Source: Alphaproteobacteria bacterium
Lineage (GTDB): Bacteria > Pseudomonadota > Alphaproteobacteria > Bin95
Length of the DNA: 64,000 nt
Assembly (NCBI GenBank): GCA_963665325.3
Contig: OZ224045.1
Coordinates: forward strand, 160,001 to 224,000
Direction: 5' to 3'
The notes under the pieces are model-generated. The model saw only the letters and a list, made by a program, of their open reading frames with translations. It was not told where the DNA came from and searched no databases. Of the stretch, positions 57,543 to 64,000 are shown piece by piece (position 1 is the stretch's first letter; each line of letters begins with the position of its first letter). A program made the translations under genes and the position numbers.

Positions 57543-57955
57543 AGCGCGGCGAGGGTCGTCTCGAAAGGCAATAGGACGGCGCCGTGTCGCGCCTTTACCT
57601 CGCGCACCGGCTCAAGGCGCCCAAACTCGCTCCAGACGCCGTTTGGCGCCGCACCGCCCTTGAGGAAGGCTTCCACCTGAGCACGCCCGGCTTCGACTTC
57701 CCCGGCGTTGCGACCGGTCGCCGTTTCGGCGAACAGCGCCGCCGATGCCTGCCCGAAGGCGCAGGCCTGGATGCGCTGCGCATAGTCGGTAATGCGGCCG
57801 TCTTCGACCGCAATCTCGACGGTCATCGTGCTGCCGCAGAGCCGACTCGTGCGCGTTGCCTCTCCGTCGGCGTCATCCAGGCGCCCTACCCGCGCGATTG
57901 CCCCGGCGAGGCGGAGGATGTCGCGCGTGTAGAGCTTGAAGAGGGCGTCCGTCAT
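57527..57955 (-). CDS. IscU/NifU-like Fe-S scaffold protein
   Basis: SRLCGS, ACAFGQAS, ARHGAVLLPF. Confidence 0.85.
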   Translation of the reverse strand: MTDALFKLYTRDILRLAGAIARVGRLDDADGEATRTSRLCGSTMTVEIAVEDGRITDYAQRIQACAFGQASAALFAETATGRNAGEVEAGRAQVEAFLKGGAAPNGVWSEFGRLEPVREVKARHGAVLLPFETTLAALQAAA

Positions 57956-58017
57956 GGCAGAAGCCATCTGGGCGCGGGGAGGGCCAGCGGCAAGGCCCTG
58001 CCCTCCCCCGCCAGCCG

Positions 58018-59592
58018 TCAGTTCTTCACCACGTAGTAGAGCATGAACTGGTTGTCCGCGCGTTGCGCGAGCTCGACGGCATCGTTCTTGCCCCATGCAA
58101 GCCCCTGTTGGTGAAGGGGAATCGTCCCTACTTCCGACGCCGCGATCTCATATGCCTGCGCGATCATCGCGTTGCGCTCCGCCTCGTCGGTCGAGACCTT
58201 GATCTTGTCGGTCAGCGCATCGACGTCCTTGTTGCAGTAGCCGCCGACATTGAACTTGCCGCGTCCGGTTTCTTCCCGGCAATTCAGCAGGTTGTAGAGC
58301 ACGTTCCAGCTGTCGAAAGAACCGGGCGTCCAGCCGAGCAGGAAGAAGCTGGTGTCGTAATTCGGCCCCAGGATCTTCTTGAAGAACAGCGCTTTCGGTT
58401 CCGCTACCAGATTCACCTTGATGCCGACCTTGGCGAGCATCGAGGAAATGGCGATGCAGATCTGCTCATCATTTACATAGCGGTTGTTGGGGCAGTTCAT
58501 GCCGACCTCGAACCCGTCCGCGTAACCGGCGTCCGCCAGCAGCGATTTCGCCTTTTCGGGGTCGTGGGCAAGGCGCTCGATGCCGGGTGCGTGGGGGAAC
58601 AGCTTCGGCGAGATCATCAGCGCCGAGGGGTCGGACAGGCGGCGCATCACCTTCTTGCGGATCGCGTCGATATTGATCGCGTGATAGAAGGCCTGCCGCA
58701 CTCGCACATCCTTGAACGGGTTGGCGCCCTTGACGCTGGAGTAGAGAAGCTCGTCGCGGGCGATGTCGAGCCCGAGGAAGATCGTGCGCAGTTCGGGGCC
58801 GATCAGCACCGACGTGCCGTCATTGCCGTCCACCCGCTTGATGTCCTGCACCGGCACGGGATAGGCCATGTCGATCTCGCCGGAGAGAAGCGCGGCGACG
58901 CGCGTCGCATCGGACCCGATCGGCTTGAACACCACGCGGGTCAGGTTGTGCTTCGGCGTGTCCCACCAGCCGTCATGGGGCTCAAGCACGGTCTCGATGT
59001 CCGTCTCGCGCTTGACGACCTTGAACGGCCCGGTGCCGTTGGTGTTGAAGGCGGCGAAATTGTCGGTGCCTTCCGCCAGCGAGGTTGGCGCAACGGCGTT
59101 GTTCGCCTCGGACCATTCCTTGTCCATGATGTACCAGGTCGCCCACTCCGAATGCAGGATGGGATTGGGGCCCTCGGTCACGAAATCGACTGTGTGGTCG
59201 TCGACCTTCTCGACCTTGACGCTCTTGGCGATACGGGTCGTGAGGTCCGACCCCTCAGCTCGCACCCGATCCGCCGAAAACACAACGTCGTCGGCGTTGA
59301 AGCTGTTGCCATTGTGAAAGACGACGCCCTTCCGGAGGTGGAAGCGCCACCGGTTCGGCTCCACGATTTCCCAACTTTCGGCGAGCGCGGGCTGGATCTG
59401 GAGGTCGGGACCCCGCCGGATCAGGCCCTCATAGACATTGCCGAGGAGACCGAGCGTAAAGGTCTCATTCAGCACATAGGGGTCGAGCGCCTGAGCGTCG
59501 CCCTGGAACGACCAAGTGAAGGTCTTGGCGCCGGCGGGCATCGCCATGGCCATCGTTGCGGCGAGCGCCGCAGCAGCAGTTCGGAGTCGCAT
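58018..59592 (-). CDS. ABC peptide/nickel-family substrate-binding protein
   Basis: Signal peptide, VYEGL, PALAESW, FHLRKGVVFHNG, GTGPFK, PFKDVRVRQA. Confidence 0.93.
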   Translation of the reverse strand: MRLRTAAAALAATMAMAMPAGAKTFTWSFQGDAQALDPYVLNETFTLGLLGNVYEGLIRRGPDLQIQPALAESWEIVEPNRWRFHLRKGVVFHNGNSFNADDVVFSADRVRAEGSDLTTRIAKSVKVEKVDDHTVDFVTEGPNPILHSEWATWYIMDKEWSEANNAVAPTSLAEGTDNFAAFNTNGTGPFKVVKRETDIETVLEPHDGWWDTPKHNLTRVVFKPIGSDATRVAALLSGEIDMAYPVPVQDIKRVDGNDGTSVLIGPELRTIFLGLDIARDELLYSSVKGANPFKDVRVRQAFYHAINIDAIRKKVMRRLSDPSALMISPKLFPHAPGIERLAHDPEKAKSLLADAGYADGFEVGMNCPNNRYVNDEQICIAISSMLAKVGIKVNLVAEPKALFFKKILGPNYDTSFFLLGWTPGSFDSWNVLYNLLNCREETGRGKFNVGGYCNKDVDALTDKIKVSTDEAERNAMIAQAYEIAASEVGTIPLHQQGLAWGKNDAVELAQRADNQFMLYYVVKN

Positions 59593-59688
59593 CGTCGGAG
59601 CCTCTCGGGATTGGTTGCGGCCGGGAACCTAGCCCGGTTTCCTCCCCAATGTCATGACCAGCGCCGCCCATCCCCGGCCGGATAGGAA

Positions 59689-59943
59689 TCAGGCCGTGGA
59701 CTTTGCGATCCAATCCCGCAGCGCCCGGTCGATCCGGGTCTGCCAACCGCTCCCGCCCGCCTTGAAATGGTCGACCACATCTTGAGACAGACGAATGGTG
59801 GTGGATACTTTCGGTTTCGCGGCGGGAGGCCGTCCCCGCCTGACGGTCGCAGCAGCGAATTTCTCCGGCCAGCCGTCACGGGAAAGGTCGGGCGCGGTGT
59901 CAGGATCGAAATCGCGGGCTATAGAGTTTTCGTTCGCGTCCAT
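59689..59943 (-). CDS. brnA: BrnA-family antitoxin
   Basis: RGRP..KVSTTIRLSQDVVDHFKAGGSGWQTRIDRALR. Confidence 0.9.
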   Translation of the reverse strand: MDANENSIARDFDPDTAPDLSRDGWPEKFAAATVRRGRPPAAKPKVSTTIRLSQDVVDHFKAGGSGWQTRIDRALRDWIAKSTA

Positions 59944-60175
59944 TGGCCTTCCTCATGCTGATGATGCGCTGCGCGTTACGACGAGGTGTCCACACCAGGA
60001 TCACCATATCGTCGTCGAGAAAACCGATGGTGAGGAACCTGCGTTCTCCGTAGTCTTTCCGTTCGTCGTGAACGGTGAGGCTCGTTCCTTCGAAAACTTC
60101 GCCAGACCGCGCCATGTCCAACCCTTGGACCTCAAGCGTAGCCGCCCGTTTTGCCTCATCGAACTGGATTTTCAT
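59900..60175 (-). CDS. brnT: BrnT-family toxin
   Basis: FDEAK, DYGERRFLTIG, RIISMRKANGRE. Confidence 0.9.
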   Translation of the reverse strand: MKIQFDEAKRAATLEVQGLDMARSGEVFEGTSLTVHDERKDYGERRFLTIGFLDDDMVILVWTPRRNAQRIISMRKANGRERKLYSPRFRS

Positions 60176-60177
60176 CT

Positions 60178-60195
60178 TTTATGTTACTACATAAA
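60178..60195. promoter_or_regulatory. Palindromic operator upstream of brnTA
   Basis: TTTATGT-tact-ACATAAA immediately upstream of brnT start. Confidence 0.55.
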
Positions 60196-60234
60196 TTGTG
60201 ATCGCGAAACTACTTCTCAAAGAGCGGATCTTCC

Positions 60235-61200
60235 TCACCCGCCGTCGTAAAGCCAGCATGCGGCGCGGTTGGGGCCGCCTGTCGCCATCAGCTCCGGTCG
60301 CTCGCTGCTGCAGCGCGCAAACACCTTCGGGCAGCGCGGCCCGAAGGCGCAACCGGCGGGAATCTCGGTCAGGCGCGGCATTGCGCCTTCGATCTGGATC
60401 AGCCGGTCGCGGCGCTCGACCATGGTCGGAATCGAGCCCATCAGGCCCTCGGTATAGGGATGGTGCGCAGCCTGGATGACATCGCGCACCGGGCCGATCT
60501 CTGCAATTCGCCCGGCATACATCACCGCCACCCTGTCCGCTGTCTCGGCGATCACGCCCATATCGTGCGTCACCAGCATCACCGCCGTGCCGTGGTCGCG
60601 GCAGAGGCGCTTGAGGAGCGCGATGATCTGCGCCTGGATCGAGACATCGAGCGCGGTCGTCGGCTCGTCGGCGATAAGCAGGCGCGGATTGGCCGCAAGC
60701 GCGAGCGCGATTACTACCCGCTGGCGCATGCCGCCCGAAAATTCGTGCGGGTAGCTATCGATACGGCGCCCGGCGGCCGGAATGCCGACTTCCGACAGCA
60801 ATTCGAGCGCACGGGACCGCGCCGCCCGCTCGCCGAGGTCGAGGTGGGTCGTAATCGTTTCGGTTAGTTGTCGGCCGATGGTGTAGAGCGGGTTGAGGCT
60901 GGTCAGTGGATCCTGGAACACTGCGCCGATCTGCTTGCCGCGAATGCGGCGCATAGCTTCCCGGGGAAGGTCGTCGATGCGCTGGCCGGCCAGGCGGACG
61001 GCTCCTCCCGCGATCCGGCCGGGGGGTTCGAGCAGGCCGATGATCGACATGCCGGTCAGCGACTTGCCGGCGCCGGACTCTCCCACCACGCCCAGTACCT
61101 CGCCCTCCTCGATGGCAAAGGAGATATCGTCCACCGCGACCAGCGTGCCGCGCCTGGTCGGGAATTCGACCCGAAGGTTCTCAACCTCAAGCAGTGGCAT
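60235..61200 (-). CDS. Oligopeptide ABC transporter ATP-binding protein (DppD/OppD-like)
   Basis: [37 protein letters not shown]. Confidence 0.93.
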   Translation of the reverse strand: MPLLEVENLRVEFPTRRGTLVAVDDISFAIEEGEVLGVVGESGAGKSLTGMSIIGLLEPPGRIAGGAVRLAGQRIDDLPREAMRRIRGKQIGAVFQDPLTSLNPLYTIGRQLTETITTHLDLGERAARSRALELLSEVGIPAAGRRIDSYPHEFSGGMRQRVVIALALAANPRLLIADEPTTALDVSIQAQIIALLKRLCRDHGTAVMLVTHDMGVIAETADRVAVMYAGRIAEIGPVRDVIQAAHHPYTEGLMGSIPTMVERRDRLIQIEGAMPRLTEIPAGCAFGPRCPKVFARCSSERPELMATGGPNRAACWLYDGG

Positions 61201-61273
61201 CGCATCGCTCCCGTTCGCCGCCCGGCATCGCTATAAAGGCCGGCGGTAAGCGCCTGCAGGAGGAATAACACCG

Positions 61274-62905
<1,632 letters not shown>

Positions 62906-62944
62906 GGGCGGGCAGCGGACAAGCCGCTTCGCCCTGCCCCGCCT

Positions 62945-63850
62945 TCAGCGGCCGTCTCGCGCCCGTTTGGCGTGCCGGTTGTCCACGCAGGCGTCGAAGG
63001 GAATGTCGCGGGCGATGAAGCCGCCGGAGATGAGCGCGCCTTTCAGCCGCACGAAGCCTTCCAGCGGCAGCACCGGGTCGCCGCCCCAGACGCCATTCGC
63101 CTTGTAGCGGGCGACCGCGCCCGCGAGACGGGTTGGAGCGAGGTCCGGGAAATAGCCCTGTAGCCGCTCCGCCAGTGCCTCCGCGTCGTGGCCGTGCAAC
63201 CAGGTCAGCGCGTCCATCACGCCGCCGGCCAGGGCGGAAAGCGCACGCGCGTTGTCCTCGGCGAAGCGCCGCGAGGTGTAGAGCGTCGTGTAGGAGGTCC
63301 GCCCTCGCGAGGCGGCCGCGTACCAGATATGCCCGGCGCCCTCATGCAGCAGCTCTTCCACGAACGGCTCGAAGACCTGGATCGCGTCCACCCTGCCCTC
63401 GCGCAACGTGTCTGCATTCTCCACCATGCTGCGACCCGCCTCCCGGTTCATGGCGGCGGGGTCGAAGCCGGCGCGGCGAATGTCGTCCTGCAGGCAGAGC
63501 CAGGGCGTCGGCACTTCCGAAACGCTGGCAAAGCGCGCGTCCATGAGGTCGGCGAAGCGGAATTCCGGGCGCGGTTCACGCCCGACGACATAGAAGGGGT
63601 CCCGCGTCACCGCTTCGGCGAAGGCGACGACCGTCCCGTCGCCGTGCAGCTGCTGATACTGCATCATCCGCATCGGACCGCCCCAGATGACATCGGCGCC
63701 GCTGCCGAACAGGCTTGAAGCCGCATCGTCCGGGCTGTCGGGCCGGCCGAATTCCACCTCGATGCCCCGCCGGCCGTAGGCATCCAGTTCGAGCGCCAGG
63801 TAGAACGGGGCGTAGAAGACGGCCCTGAGAGACTCGAACAGCCTCACCAT
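62945..63850 (-). CDS. NMT1/THI5-like ABC substrate-binding protein
   Basis: RAVFYAPFYLA, WGGPMR, DAIQVFEP. Confidence 0.85.
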   Translation of the reverse strand: MVRLFESLRAVFYAPFYLALELDAYGRRGIEVEFGRPDSPDDAASSLFGSGADVIWGGPMRMMQYQQLHGDGTVVAFAEAVTRDPFYVVGREPRPEFRFADLMDARFASVSEVPTPWLCLQDDIRRAGFDPAAMNREAGRSMVENADTLREGRVDAIQVFEPFVEELLHEGAGHIWYAAASRGRTSYTTLYTSRRFAEDNARALSALAGGVMDALTWLHGHDAEALAERLQGYFPDLAPTRLAGAVARYKANGVWGGDPVLPLEGFVRLKGALISGGFIARDIPFDACVDNRHAKRARDGR

Positions 63851-63856
63851 GCCCTC

Positions 63857-64000
63857 TCACCAAGCATTGTAGCCGCCGTCCACCAGCAGGTCGGCGCCGG
63901 TCATATAGCTGGATTCGTCGCTGGCGAGGAACAGGGCGGCCTCGGCAATCTCCTCCGGCCGGCCCATGCGGTCCAGGATCGTAAGCGCGCCGTTCTCGCG
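63857..64000 (-). CDS. Short-chain dehydrogenase C-terminus (truncated by window)
   Basis: [37 protein letters not shown]-stop. Confidence 0.88.
   Translation of the reverse strand, partial: RENGALTILDRMGRPEEIAEAALFLASDESSYMTGADLLVDGGYNAW

Overview
High-GC bacterial chromosome segment. The gene set and order (mfd; mltB-rlpA-dacA-tmk-holB-metG-tatD-MBL-mazG) suggest an alphaproteobacterium. A dif-like site at 55580-55607 and a KOPS polarity switch around it suggest the replication terminus region. Main discovery: the 3' end of a tRNA-Ser(TGA) gene (29737-29826, minus strand) is the target of a tandem array of related transposon-like elements, and no tyrosine or serine integrase is visible. 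The 9-mer GGCGGATGG (the tRNA's CCATCCGCC) occurs at 6210, 25095 and 29738. Each copy abuts 24-bp terminal inverted repeats with consensus A-NN-GCCGAT-N7-TTGTG, whose first A supplies the A of the tRNA's CCA. Element 1 (6219-25094, perfect TIRs) has two divergent, inward-facing zinc-finger/RNase-H-like transposase paralogues, a coupled AlwI-like nuclease pair, and defence cargo (STAND/NACHT protein, type IIG-like MTase plus PLD-SNF2 helicase). Element 2 (25104-29737) has no transposase and carries a Dsr1-like sirtuin. A third, orphan end lies at 6186-6209. Also present: an intact IS630-family element, an uncharacterised sensor-HAMP-PP2C / sensor-HAMP-MFS / ATP-grasp / solute-binding cluster (35.5-45.1 kb), an MBL-MazG fusion ORF that reads through the dif site, a BrnTA pair, and ordinary catabolic and transport genes. 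All family assignments come from motif recognition by eye; no searches were run.
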